Source of the DNA: an uncultured bacterium
GTDB lineage: Bacteria > Patescibacteriota > Dojkabacteria > SC72
Assembly: GCA_903906305.1 (NCBI GenBank)
Contig: CAIVJR010000005.1
Span: 6,485-70,484, forward strand
DNA: 64,000 nucleotides
Reading direction: 5' to 3'
Shown here: piece after piece, positions 20,415 to 28,843 of the stretch
Layout: each line of letters begins with the position of its first letter
Numbering within the stretch: position 1 is the stretch's first letter
Made by a program: the position numbers and the translations under genes
The notes under the pieces: generated by a model
Databases searched by the model: none
Told to the model about the DNA's origin: nothing
Seen by the model: only the letters and a program-made list of their open reading frames with translations

Positions 20415-21632
20415 TTATTTTTGAATCTCAGTTATAGCTTTATTCAATTGGGTATCTACACCCTTATTAAAATCTTCCTGTGAATTTGCAATTTCAATGT
20501 TTGGGGTAATTGGATTATCCTTGTTTAACCATCCACCATCTGGAAGTAACCATTTCAATATTGTGACATGCAATGTAGAACCATCCGAGAGATCTAATAC
20601 ACTTTGAGCTGTACCCTTTCCGTATGTCTTGTCTCCAATAATTGTTGCTCTTCCTGATTGTTGCAATGCTCCAGAAAGAATTTCTGATGCAGATGCACTT
20701 CCACTATCTACAAGTACAACAACTTTCATATTTACAAATTTTCCACCTTTTGTTGAATTAAACTTCTCTATCTTTCCAGCACTATCCTGTTGCTGAGCTA
20801 ACACTTTACCAGAATCAACAAAATCATCGGCTGCATATATAGCAGCATCAAAGTAACCACCTGGATTACCTCTTAAATCTAAAATCATCTTTGTTACACC
20901 AGATTTTACAATACTATCTACATTGTCATCCCAGTTCTCAATCCATTCACTGTACGAAGAGTCTGTAAATCTATTTACTTGGAATAGCACAATATCTTTA
21001 TTTTCTCCCACATACTCCACAGACATACTTTCGATTGTAATATCGCTTCTTGTTATTTCGATCTCTACTGATTTTGTTTCTCCCTTATGCAATATCCCAA
21101 GTTTCACTTTTGTTCCAGCTTCACCTCTAATCTTTGCAACAACATCATATACCGTTTCGGTTGATTTAATAGCTTCACCATTAATAGTTAGGATATAGTC
21201 ACCTGCTTTAATACCCGCAGCTTTTGCTGGAGAGCCTTCCAATGGTGACACAACTATGATTTGCTTGTTACTGTCATATCCTAATTCAGCTCCGATACCT
21301 TGAAAAAGCTTTCCTTCACTTGCCTCATTAAATGTTTTTGTCTCCTCTGGATCCAAGAATACCGTAGCAGCATCCTCAAATGAATTGACCATTCCCTTAA
21401 TTGATCCATACAACATCTCCTGATCATCAATCTTTGAAGAATCTACATATTTACTCTGCATTAGATCCCATACATTCCAATACAACTGAAAGTCGACATC
21501 TGATTTACCGGATAGTACATTTGATATTGTTGCTTTGTTGGTTTGGAATAGTCTTCCTGATACAAAACCAATAGCGAAAAGACATACCATTAAGATTGCT
21601 ATCCCTATATTTTTTGTAGTTTGTTTCTCCAT
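20415..21632 (-). CDS. ctpA: S41 family C-terminal processing protease
   Basis: GIGA PDZ, DLRGNPGG, SASASEI, TYGKG. Confidence 0.93.
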   Translation of the reverse strand: MEKQTTKNIGIAILMVCLFAIGFVSGRLFQTNKATISNVLSGKSDVDFQLYWNVWDLMQSKYVDSSKIDDQEMLYGSIKGMVNSFEDAATVFLDPEETKTFNEASEGKLFQGIGAELGYDSNKQIIVVSPLEGSPAKAAGIKAGDYILTINGEAIKSTETVYDVVAKIRGEAGTKVKLGILHKGETKSVEIEITRSDITIESMSVEYVGENKDIVLFQVNRFTDSSYSEWIENWDDNVDSIVKSGVTKMILDLRGNPGGYFDAAIYAADDFVDSGKVLAQQQDSAGKIEKFNSTKGGKFVNMKVVVLVDSGSASASEILSGALQQSGRATIIGDKTYGKGTAQSVLDLSDGSTLHVTILKWLLPDGGWLNKDNPITPNIEIANSQEDFNKGVDTQLNKAITEIQK

Positions 21633-21653
21633 GTTCTTTCTTCTAAAATTATA

Positions 21654-22676
21654 CTAGTACGATACGAATTCTAAACTTCCTAAGTTGATTACACTTCTCC
21701 CTCCATGCTCCCATTCTACTGTTACATATGATGAGCCTTCTGTGCTCATTATTTCTCCTGTCATTCCATAGCTTCCAAGTGTACGAGATACTATTTTACT
21801 ACCTATCAAATTTTTTACAAACACGGACTCTTTCTCCTTCATCTTTCTGTTTTCATTAAGGAAAAATATCTGGCTTTCATCAAAATCCACAACTGCGTAG
21901 CTTCCATTTAATTCGGATATCATTTTCAAGAATTCTTCTCCTGAATATATTTCACCAAACCCTCCTACTAATCCAATTGGTAATCCCTGATTTCTGAAAT
22001 CTTGATAATCCATGGAATATGTTAGTACGAATTTGGCACCTTTTTCAAAAAGGTCTCTTAACAAACTTGTGTGTAAATGTTTTCCTACAAATACAATTTT
22101 CCCTTCATAGCTTGTATCATCCCCCTTCAGCTTTATATCCTTCCCCATATTCAATGTTACAAATTCACCAGCAAGGAGAACTCTTTCTGCGCTTGATACA
22201 CTTAATAGATCTAATGCTAATGCTGGTGTTTTTAATGTAATTCCTTCCAATGGATTTACATCCAATATTTCTGCTTGAAATGTACTTTTAATTAAGGCTT
22301 CGTGCTCTTCTCCCAATACATCAATATATCCTAACTTTGTTCTTGAGAGATCTACAATTCCATTTGATGGTGATACTAGTCGTTTTACAGTTAATCCTCC
22401 AGCTGATATTTTTTCAGCAAGTACGTCTCCTTCATTTACAAATTCTCCGTCTATACAGGTTACATATTGCATTACAGTTTCCAAACTACAATGGAGTTGA
22501 TCCGGAAGGTAGAATGAATGACGTGCATTGTTACCCTTCCTTAGATATAGATCCATTCCCTCTTTAACAGTATCTCCAGCCTTAACCATGACCTTGTCTT
22601 TGCTGTTTACAGGTATTCGGAATGTATATGTATCATATTTTTCTAGCATCCTATGTTTTAATATCATTTCAACCAC
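21654..22676 (-). CDS. Conserved hypothetical protein with repeated beta-hybrid-like motifs
   Basis: VKAGDTV, GEFVNEGDVLA, SPSNGIV motifs; overlaps the upstream GlmL-like gene. Confidence 0.7.
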   Translation of the reverse strand: MVEMILKHRMLEKYDTYTFRIPVNSKDKVMVKAGDTVKEGMDLYLRKGNNARHSFYLPDQLHCSLETVMQYVTCIDGEFVNEGDVLAEKISAGGLTVKRLVSPSNGIVDLSRTKLGYIDVLGEEHEALIKSTFQAEILDVNPLEGITLKTPALALDLLSVSSAERVLLAGEFVTLNMGKDIKLKGDDTSYEGKIVFVGKHLHTSLLRDLFEKGAKFVLTYSMDYQDFRNQGLPIGLVGGFGEIYSGEEFLKMISELNGSYAVVDFDESQIFFLNENRKMKEKESVFVKNLIGSKIVSRTLGSYGMTGEIMSTEGSSYVTVEWEHGGRSVINLGSLEFVSY

Positions 22677-24007
22677 TGTTGTAATTTTAGTTTGTTTGAA
22701 TATATATCAGGTCCATACACTATTGGTTTGGGCCTTGCATCTATGACCATGGAATCATATCTAAGCTTTCCCGGTATTGATATGAAGCTTAAATTGTCCT
22801 TTGCTTCTGTATTTCTAATGTATGCTCCATTCTTAAACTCACCTTCAATTATTAGGTTTTCTCTGTGTAATGGTAATTTGATATATGTGAACTCAGGGGA
22901 AAGTGCGAATATGTCTTGTTTCTCCCCCTCCAATGAATCTGTATATCCGTTGAATATGACCTTGCTCTTGTTTCTAGAGAGCTTGACCTCTGGAACCAAT
23001 ACTTTAGTACAGCAGGAAAGCACTTCTTTTCGGGTAAGGACTACATCGGAAGATGCTGGACCAGATATGTAGCTTTTGGCATAGGAGAGTAATCGTTTTT
23101 CATTATCAAAATATGCATCCAGTATTCCAGATACTTCAAAACCATCAATGACAGATAACAAAAGATTTTCCTTTCCTAAGAGTAATGGAACCATTCCGGT
23201 TAGTATGATTCCTGTGTTTCCTTGTGTCCCAATTGCTTGTAATTTGTCCTTGTTGTCTTGATATATCGAGTGTAATTGCGCAGTAGTATACGCTCTTAAC
23301 ATATCCAATATATTTGGATCTTCAGTAAATACCACCCTATTCAACACAAAATTACTCCAGTAGTTGAGCATATCTTTTGAGGTTACATCTGAAGCCAGAA
23401 AGGCTTTGAATCGGGCATCCTTTATGGAATCTATAACCCCATATTCATTATTCCATTCTATCTTTGATTTTGATATTTCAATCTTGCCTGTTTCTTTGTC
23501 TTTAAATGCTCTGTAGATTTTGAAATCTTGAAGATCTAGATCTAAGAAAAGAAGGTCATCATATCCTAGCTTTTGTGTTAATCCTTCTAACATTCCTCGC
23601 ATATATACTTCGTCCATTACTCTTAGGGCTATATCATTTGAGAATGCTCTTAGTGAAGAAAATATTTTGTTGAAATATTTTTGGTTTTCATCCATTAATA
23701 TTCTAATTCCTGAGATTCCATCTCCTTCTTCTGTGAATTTTCTAAAGGAGAATATTCCATATCCATTTCTATCTACTACATTCCAGTTGAATACTTTTTC
23801 TAGATTATCGAAGTATTCATACCAGAAGTTTTTGGTAAAGAAATCATCGTCTAGTCTTTGTTTCAGTGGATTTAGATCTGTGAAGTCTGAGAGTATATAT
23901 TCCCTACTTGCATTGTGATCTGTATATGCGAGATGAGCCCAGATGTTGTTATCTGATATAACGAGGCTTAGATATGAGTTTTTCTCTAACATTGGCAGTG
24001 TAGACAT
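22664..24007 (-). CDS. Divergent glutamate mutase L (GlmL)-like protein
   Basis: LFLDL, IILTG and C-terminal VIDARPKP...W resembling GlmL-like proteins. Confidence 0.55.
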   Translation of the reverse strand: MSTLPMLEKNSYLSLVISDNNIWAHLAYTDHNASREYILSDFTDLNPLKQRLDDDFFTKNFWYEYFDNLEKVFNWNVVDRNGYGIFSFRKFTEEGDGISGIRILMDENQKYFNKIFSSLRAFSNDIALRVMDEVYMRGMLEGLTQKLGYDDLLFLDLDLQDFKIYRAFKDKETGKIEISKSKIEWNNEYGVIDSIKDARFKAFLASDVTSKDMLNYWSNFVLNRVVFTEDPNILDMLRAYTTAQLHSIYQDNKDKLQAIGTQGNTGIILTGMVPLLLGKENLLLSVIDGFEVSGILDAYFDNEKRLLSYAKSYISGPASSDVVLTRKEVLSCCTKVLVPEVKLSRNKSKVIFNGYTDSLEGEKQDIFALSPEFTYIKLPLHRENLIIEGEFKNGAYIRNTEAKDNLSFISIPGKLRYDSMVIDARPKPIVYGPDIYSNKLKLQQWLK

Positions 24008-24066
24008 ATATAAATATATTACTTGAAAGGGTTAAGAGTTGCAATGAAAGATATGAGGTTACAGCA

Positions 24067-24115
24067 TTGTCTTATAGTATCTTGGAGAGGTATAATTGGG
24101 CTTAGATCGTTAAAA
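24067..24115 (+). promoter_or_regulatory. sigma70 promoter plus boxA-like element
   Basis: TTGTCT(24067)-18bp-TATAAT(24091); GATCGTTAAAA at 24105. Confidence 0.65.
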
Positions 24116-24141
24116 ATCAGAGAAAAAGAAAAGAGGGAGAT

Positions 24142-24255
24142 TTGATACACTTAGATCCGTTAGGTATTACCGTGATAGGCATTATAATTATCTGGCTTAT
24201 CATACTTACAGTTCTCTCATTCAAGGGCAAATCAAAAAGGAAAAAGAAAGAATGA
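24142..24255 (+). CDS. 37-aa single-TM peptide with basic tail (not in ORF track)
   Basis: GAGGGAG SD, TTG start; MIHLDPLGITVIGIIIIWLIILTVLSFKGKSKRKKKE; stop overlaps next ATG (ATGA). Confidence 0.6.
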   Translation: MIHLDPLGITVIGIIIIWLIILTVLSFKGKSKRKKKE

Positions 24256-24353
24256 AAAAGGATGACATTTTATTCATAGGTCTTTTATTGTGGCTGGTGT
24301 ACATGGCCATCGATTCCAAAATCATAAACATTCCAAAACGGAGGGGAAAGTGA
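24252..24353 (+). CDS. 33-aa single-TM peptide with basic tail (not in ORF track)
   Basis: MKKDDILFIGLLLWLVYMAIDSKIINIPKRRGK; ATGA and GTGA overlaps at both ends. Confidence 0.65.
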   Translation: MKKDDILFIGLLLWLVYMAIDSKIINIPKRRGK

Positions 24354-24772
24354 ACCACTATAGCATAGTAACATTGATTGGTGACCTGCTTTGGGTTATT
24401 GGGTCAATTTTCTTTTGGATTTATATTCTTTCCAAAATCGACAATAAAAATTGGCTAATTCCTACTTTAGGAGTCATTCTTGGTGTTATCGGATATGGGA
24501 TGTCTGTAATAACCAGAATCAATTGGTGGCAAAACACACCGGGTGGATATGCATCAAAAGCAATTTCTTCCTGGATGGATGGTTCTACCATTTTATTGGT
24601 AATACTAATGATTGCGGTAATTGCCCTAGATGAAAAAGTACAAGCAAAAAGCTTTTCATTTAGGAAGATCTATGACAAAATTACCGACATTATGTTTTTT
24701 TTCCCGTTTGTAGCGTTCGTAATCGGAATTGCATTTCGAATTGCAAAAATTTACCTTCCGTTTTTCCTTTAA
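24350..24772 (+). CDS. 4-TM membrane protein, 140 aa
   Basis: GTG start after GGAGGGG SD, coupled to the previous stop; start revised from 24290. Confidence 0.7.
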   Translation: MNHYSIVTLIGDLLWVIGSIFFWIYILSKIDNKNWLIPTLGVILGVIGYGMSVITRINWWQNTPGGYASKAISSWMDGSTILLVILMIAVIALDEKVQAKSFSFRKIYDKITDIMFFFPFVAFVIGIAFRIAKIYLPFFL

Positions 24773-24792
24773 CTCTGAAATTTACGGCCTAC

Positions 24793-24822
24793 TCCAGGTC
24801 AAGCAAAAAAACTTGACCTGGA
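24793..24822. terminator. Hairpin after the small-membrane-protein cassette
   Basis: TCCAGGTCAAG-N8-CTTGACCTGGA. Confidence 0.7.
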
Positions 24823-24847
24823 ATGCAACATCTCAATTAGTACATAC

Positions 24848-24873
24848 AAAAAAAAGAGGACCTTTCGGTCCCC
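24848..24873 (-). terminator. Terminator of rpsF-ssb-rpsR
   Basis: Minus strand GGGGACC-GAAA-GGTCCTC-T8. Confidence 0.9.
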
Positions 24874-24900
24874 TTCTCAATTCAATGTATATATTACAGA

Positions 24901-25224
24901 CTATTCATTAGAAGAATATGGTAAGAGAGACATAAATCTAGCTCTCTTAATAGCCCTCTTTAACATCTTCTGATGTCTATGACATGCTCCAGACTTCTCT
25001 ACAGATATAATCTTACCTCTAACAGATGTAAACTTTTTTAATTGATACACATCCTTGTATGTAACAGTCTTAACACCAGATTCACATAGAGGACATTTTA
25101 AGTTCTGAATAATCTTTCTTCTCCTTCGCATATTCTTTTTCTTAGCATCGAAAGAAGAATCATCATTAGTACTTGTTGTACTCTCTACTGCTGGACTTTG
25201 TTTTACTACTATTTCGTCTGACAT
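24901..25224 (-). CDS. rpsR: 30S ribosomal protein S18
   Basis: CPLC, YKDV..LKKF..RGKI, HQ..L.RAIKRAR..LLPY. Confidence 0.96.
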   Translation of the reverse strand: MSDEIVVKQSPAVESTTSTNDDSSFDAKKKNMRRRRKIIQNLKCPLCESGVKTVTYKDVYQLKKFTSVRGKIISVEKSGACHRHQKMLKRAIKRARFMSLLPYSSNE

Positions 25225-25242
25225 TCCTTAATATATATCAAA

Positions 25243-25740
25243 TTAAAATGGCAAATCTTCTTCTAAAGGATCCTGATCAACAGGAGCTTCCTCTTCAACT
25301 GGAGCTGCTTCATCTGCAACAACATCTTCCTTAGGAGCTTTTTCTGCTTTTTCTGGTCTTTCAGCATGTGCAGCATCTTCATCAACACCAGCACCCTGCT
25401 TACCCTTACTATCTAAAAGAATCATATCTTCAATTCTAACTTCTGTCTTGTATCTAGTTGTATTATCATCTGCCTGCCATGATCTTGTATTCAAAGAACC
25501 CTCTACATAGATCTTCATTCCCTTAGCTAACAATTGCTGACATATTTCAGCCATCTTGTTCCATGCTACTACATTATGGAATTCTGCTAATTCTTTCATC
25601 TCACCATTGGTATCTTTCCATGACTTGTTTGTTGCCATCCCGAAAGTAACAACTGGAGTTCCAGAATTGGTATATCTCATCTCTGGATCTCTTGTTAGAT
25701 TTCCAATTAACATTACTTTATTTAGTGATCTTGCTGCCAT
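25243..25740 (-). CDS. ssb: Single-stranded DNA-binding protein
   Basis: LNKVMLIGNLTRDPE, acidic C-terminal DLPF. Confidence 0.98.
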   Translation of the reverse strand: MAARSLNKVMLIGNLTRDPEMRYTNSGTPVVTFGMATNKSWKDTNGEMKELAEFHNVVAWNKMAEICQQLLAKGMKIYVEGSLNTRSWQADDNTTRYKTEVRIEDMILLDSKGKQGAGVDEDAAHAERPEKAEKAPKEDVVADEAAPVEEEAPVDQDPLEEDLPF

Positions 25741-25799
25741 TTGTTTAATAATTATAATTTAACTTACCTACAATATACACTGCAAATATTAAAATTCGA

Positions 25800-26156
25800 T
25801 TAAATTTCTATTTCCTTCTTCTTGATCTTCTTCCCTATCTCATCTACATCATCTGCTTCTACTACCATATATCTCAAAACTTCTTGTTTTAATTCCATCT
25901 GTCTTCTGATTTCTAGGATATGTGAAGGATCGGATACAAAGGTATATATAATGTAATATCCTTCGTTATGTCCATTTATTTTGTATGCTAAATATCTCTT
26001 TCCCCATACATCTACATCTAATACTTCCCCACCCTTAGCTTTAACTAAATCAACAAATTCTTTGTGAATTGCTTTTCTAACATCATCTGGTAATAGTGGT
26101 TTAAGAGCCACTGCCATTTCATAATAGTTTCCTTTTTTTACTTCTTCTGCTGCCAT
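25800..26156 (-). CDS. rpsF: 30S ribosomal protein S6
   Basis: YE, WGKRYLAYKI, EGYY, VLRYMV; upstream of ssb-rpsR. Confidence 0.96.
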   Translation of the reverse strand: MAAEEVKKGNYYEMAVALKPLLPDDVRKAIHKEFVDLVKAKGGEVLDVDVWGKRYLAYKINGHNEGYYIIYTFVSDPSHILEIRRQMELKQEVLRYMVVEADDVDEIGKKIKKKEIEI

Positions 26157-26241
26157 TTAACCGATATATACAAATTATGTCTTAACGAGAATGGATTTTA
26201 GCAGAAAATATTAGGTATTACAACTAGCATCAGTACAAAAA

Positions 26242-27042
26242 CTAACGTAATCTTTTTCTGATAACACTCACACCCGTATTCAACTCTATCTCCTCCTTAG
26301 CCTTTCTAGCAACCTTACCACCCTTCTTTGCAACTACCCTGTTCTCTTCCAATCCCTTTGGTATATCCTTCTTAGATATTTCAGTAGTAGATGCTTCTGC
26401 TAACATATTTAGAATTAATTCTAAATTAGTCATATTATCCCTTAAATTCTCTTTCTTCAAACCCTTGTATTCTTTCAATTCCTTAACTGATTTACCAGTC
26501 CAAGCCTTGGTAATCTCATTTGTTAATATTGCAAAGTCTCTTCCCTCATTCATACCTCTTTCTTGCCATTCATCAGTTAATTCTTTTCTAACTTCAATAC
26601 TTTTTAATCGTTGATTAATCCAATCTCTTGAATATCCCTTATTTAGATATGTCTTCATCGCCCTATCAAATGCCAATTCTGGGTCTTCTGTTTCTTCAAT
26701 TCTTTCATATCCTACCTTGGCTAACCAAACTTTAAATGGTTCTGCTTTAGGAGATGGAATTGATTGAATTAGTCGCAAGATTGTCTCTGTATCTGCTACG
26801 TCTGTTAAATATGTCTTACCATCAGAGGATTTTAGTCGCAGTTGTCCCATCTTTTGGGACAACTGACTTCCTTCTTCTTGTTGCAACTTGATTTTCAAAG
26901 CATTCCAGTACTTTCTTGGTCTAGGACTATCTGTAAGCACTTGAATTATGTCTATTACAGAGAAATACCAGAGTTCTCTCTTTTTATCCCAGTGTCTTCG
27001 TATTGTTTTTTGATTGAATAGTATGATGGATTTTTCTTTCAT
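26242..27042 (-). CDS. BRO-N family (phage antirepressor-like) DNA-binding protein
   Basis: IRRHWD, WYFSVIDII..LT, RKYW..LK, DGK...TD, LRLIQSIPSPKAEPFK.WLA, NLRDNMT..EL. Confidence 0.88.
   Translation of the reverse strand: MKEKSIILFNQKTIRRHWDKKRELWYFSVIDIIQVLTDSPRPRKYWNALKIKLQQEEGSQLSQKMGQLRLKSSDGKTYLTDVADTETILRLIQSIPSPKAEPFKVWLAKVGYERIEETEDPELAFDRAMKTYLNKGYSRDWINQRLKSIEVRKELTDEWQERGMNEGRDFAILTNEITKAWTGKSVKELKEYKGLKKENLRDNMTNLELILNMLAEASTTEISKKDIPKGLEENRVVAKKGGKVARKAKEEIELNTGVSVIRKRLR
26839..26865. repeat. Perfect intragenic palindrome in the BRO gene
   Basis: CAGTTGTCCCA-tcttt-TGGGACAACTG, encoding QLSQKMGQL. Confidence 0.9.
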
Positions 27043-27101
27043 ATTTCTATTATATATCTTAAATATGAAATTGATATGAATTTTATAAAGAGAGAGATTT
27101 T

Positions 27102-27128
27102 CAACTGTCCGATTTAAGCGGACAACTC
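27102..27128. promoter_or_regulatory. Upstream variant of the BRO palindrome (candidate operator or ychF terminator)
   Basis: CAACTGTCCG-atttaag-CGGACAACTC; 18/27 ungapped identity to 26839-26865. Confidence 0.6.
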
Positions 27129-27130
27129 AT

Positions 27131-28222
27131 CTATTTGTTCGCAAGAATAATAATATAATCACCATCCTGTACAATATAATCCTTACCATGATTCTTAACC
27201 AAACCCAATTCCTTAGCCTTAACCCAACCACCAGCATCTAATAAAGCATCAACATTAACCACATCAGCAGTAATGAAATTGTTTTCCAAATCAGTATGTA
27301 TAACCCCTGCAGCCTCCTTAGCATTAGCACCCTTCTCAATAGTCCACGCATTACACTCCTTCTCAGATCCGGTATAGAAGGTTATGAGGTTGAGAGCATC
27401 GTATGCCCCCTTAATAATATCTTTAACGGATTTAGGAACATAACCTAGTAATTCTGCATACTCATCTGCATCTTCCATCTCCCCTACCAATTTTACATCC
27501 GCCATTATAACTAGATCACCCGTTTTTTCTTCTAATTCCTTCTTCCATACTTCAATCTTCTCACTCTCCAGCCCTTCCTTACAATTCAATACAAACATTC
27601 TCTTCTTACTAGTTAACAACCAAAGGTCATATACATATTCCTTCTCTTTCTCATTCATTTCCATATCTACCACAGGAATACCCATACCCAAATTCTTTTG
27701 TATCTTTTCCAATATATTCATCTCTAATGCAGCATCTGCATTCCCTATTCTGGCCATCTTGTTTACACTAGCTATCTTCTTTTCAACAACCTCAATATCT
27801 TTGAATATGAGTTCTGCTTGTACAATTTCAAAATCTTCAACAGGATTTACTCTCTCATATACATGCACTATCTCTTTACTTTCAAAAGCTCTAAGTACAT
27901 ACATAATGACATCGGTCTCTCTAATGTGTGAAAGGAATTGATTTCCTAATCCTTCTCCTTTGGATGCTCCTTTAACTAATCCTGCAATATCTACAAATGT
28001 CATAGCTGAAGGTACAATCTTCTTAGCATTGAAATATGCAGACATTCTTCCTAATCTTTCGTCAGGTATTTCAACTACTCCTACGTTTTTATCTATGGTA
28101 CAAAAAGGAAAATTTTCTGCTGGTACTGTTAATTTGGTTAGTGCATTAAATATTGTAGATTTTCCTGAATTAGGAAGTCCTACAATACCTAGAGACAATG
28201 AGTGTGATCTTTTTACTGACAT
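27131..28222 (-). CDS. ychF: Ribosome-binding ATPase YchF
   Basis: GIVGLPNSGKST, NFPFCTI, DIAGLVKGASKGEGLGNQFL, AAGVIHTD, GKDYIVQDGD. Confidence 0.97.
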   Translation of the reverse strand: MSVKRSHSLSLGIVGLPNSGKSTIFNALTKLTVPAENFPFCTIDKNVGVVEIPDERLGRMSAYFNAKKIVPSAMTFVDIAGLVKGASKGEGLGNQFLSHIRETDVIMYVLRAFESKEIVHVYERVNPVEDFEIVQAELIFKDIEVVEKKIASVNKMARIGNADAALEMNILEKIQKNLGMGIPVVDMEMNEKEKEYVYDLWLLTSKKRMFVLNCKEGLESEKIEVWKKELEEKTGDLVIMADVKLVGEMEDADEYAELLGYVPKSVKDIIKGAYDALNLITFYTGSEKECNAWTIEKGANAKEAAGVIHTDLENNFITADVVNVDALLDAGGWVKAKELGLVKNHGKDYIVQDGDYIIILANK

Positions 28223-28273
28223 AATGGTGAATTATATCCTAATATTAAGGTTTTGGATATATTAAGAACCAAT

Positions 28274-28308
28274 TCTGTGAGCTTCATAGTATATATGAGG
28301 CTCACAGA
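28274..28308. terminator. Hairpin downstream of 28326..28706
   Basis: TCTGTGAGCTTCATA-N5-TATGAGGCTCACAGA. Confidence 0.7.
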
Positions 28309-28325
28309 TTGAGCAGGTTTTCGAA

Positions 28326-28706
28326 TTACAAATTTAAAAAGGTCTTTTTTACCCATGATATGGATTCTCCAGGTAAAAGGGATATTTCCTCTTCAATTAC
28401 TTTTGGTTCAAATCTTCTATTTCCCATTCGTGATTTTATCTCTCGGATAGCACCCCGATTATTTTGACAGAGACACATTGTCTCTACCAATTGTTTTTCA
28501 TCCTTTGCAGACTTTGCCATAAGAATTATAAGCATATCAGCCAAAGGACAAACCGGAAGATGCTCTCTTAGAAACTTAAACTCTTTCCATTTGTTGAATT
28601 CTTGTTCAATCCCTTGGAAAAAAGCCCCAGACGGCGTGCTCGATGGGAATATTTCTAGAAACTTATCATACAGTTCAATTACCGCTTGAACCTTCTCTTC
28701 ATCCAT
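28326..28706 (-). CDS. Hypothetical protein (cassette gene)
   Basis: ATG (MDEEK) after AAGGAAGG SD; boxA-like GATCGTTTAAAA 28722-28733; TATAAT 28770-28775. Confidence 0.65.
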   Translation of the reverse strand: MDEEKVQAVIELYDKFLEIFPSSTPSGAFFQGIEQEFNKWKEFKFLREHLPVCPLADMLIILMAKSAKDEKQLVETMCLCQNNRGAIREIKSRMGNRRFEPKVIEEEISLLPGESISWVKKTFLNL

Positions 28707-28843
28707 TCTATATATCCTTCCTTTTAAACGATCTTTACTCAAATATTAATTTGTGTAATTCGAACCCTTATTATAGGTCTTCTTCCTTCCTTTTTCAATA
28801 ATTGCTATGATATTAAATACATTAAATAGCCCAAACCAATACA

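Noticed and set aside
24290-24349. Upstream GTG start of the 160-aa ORF
   Set aside because: Overlaps the 33-aa ORF; the SD and GTGA coupling favour 24350
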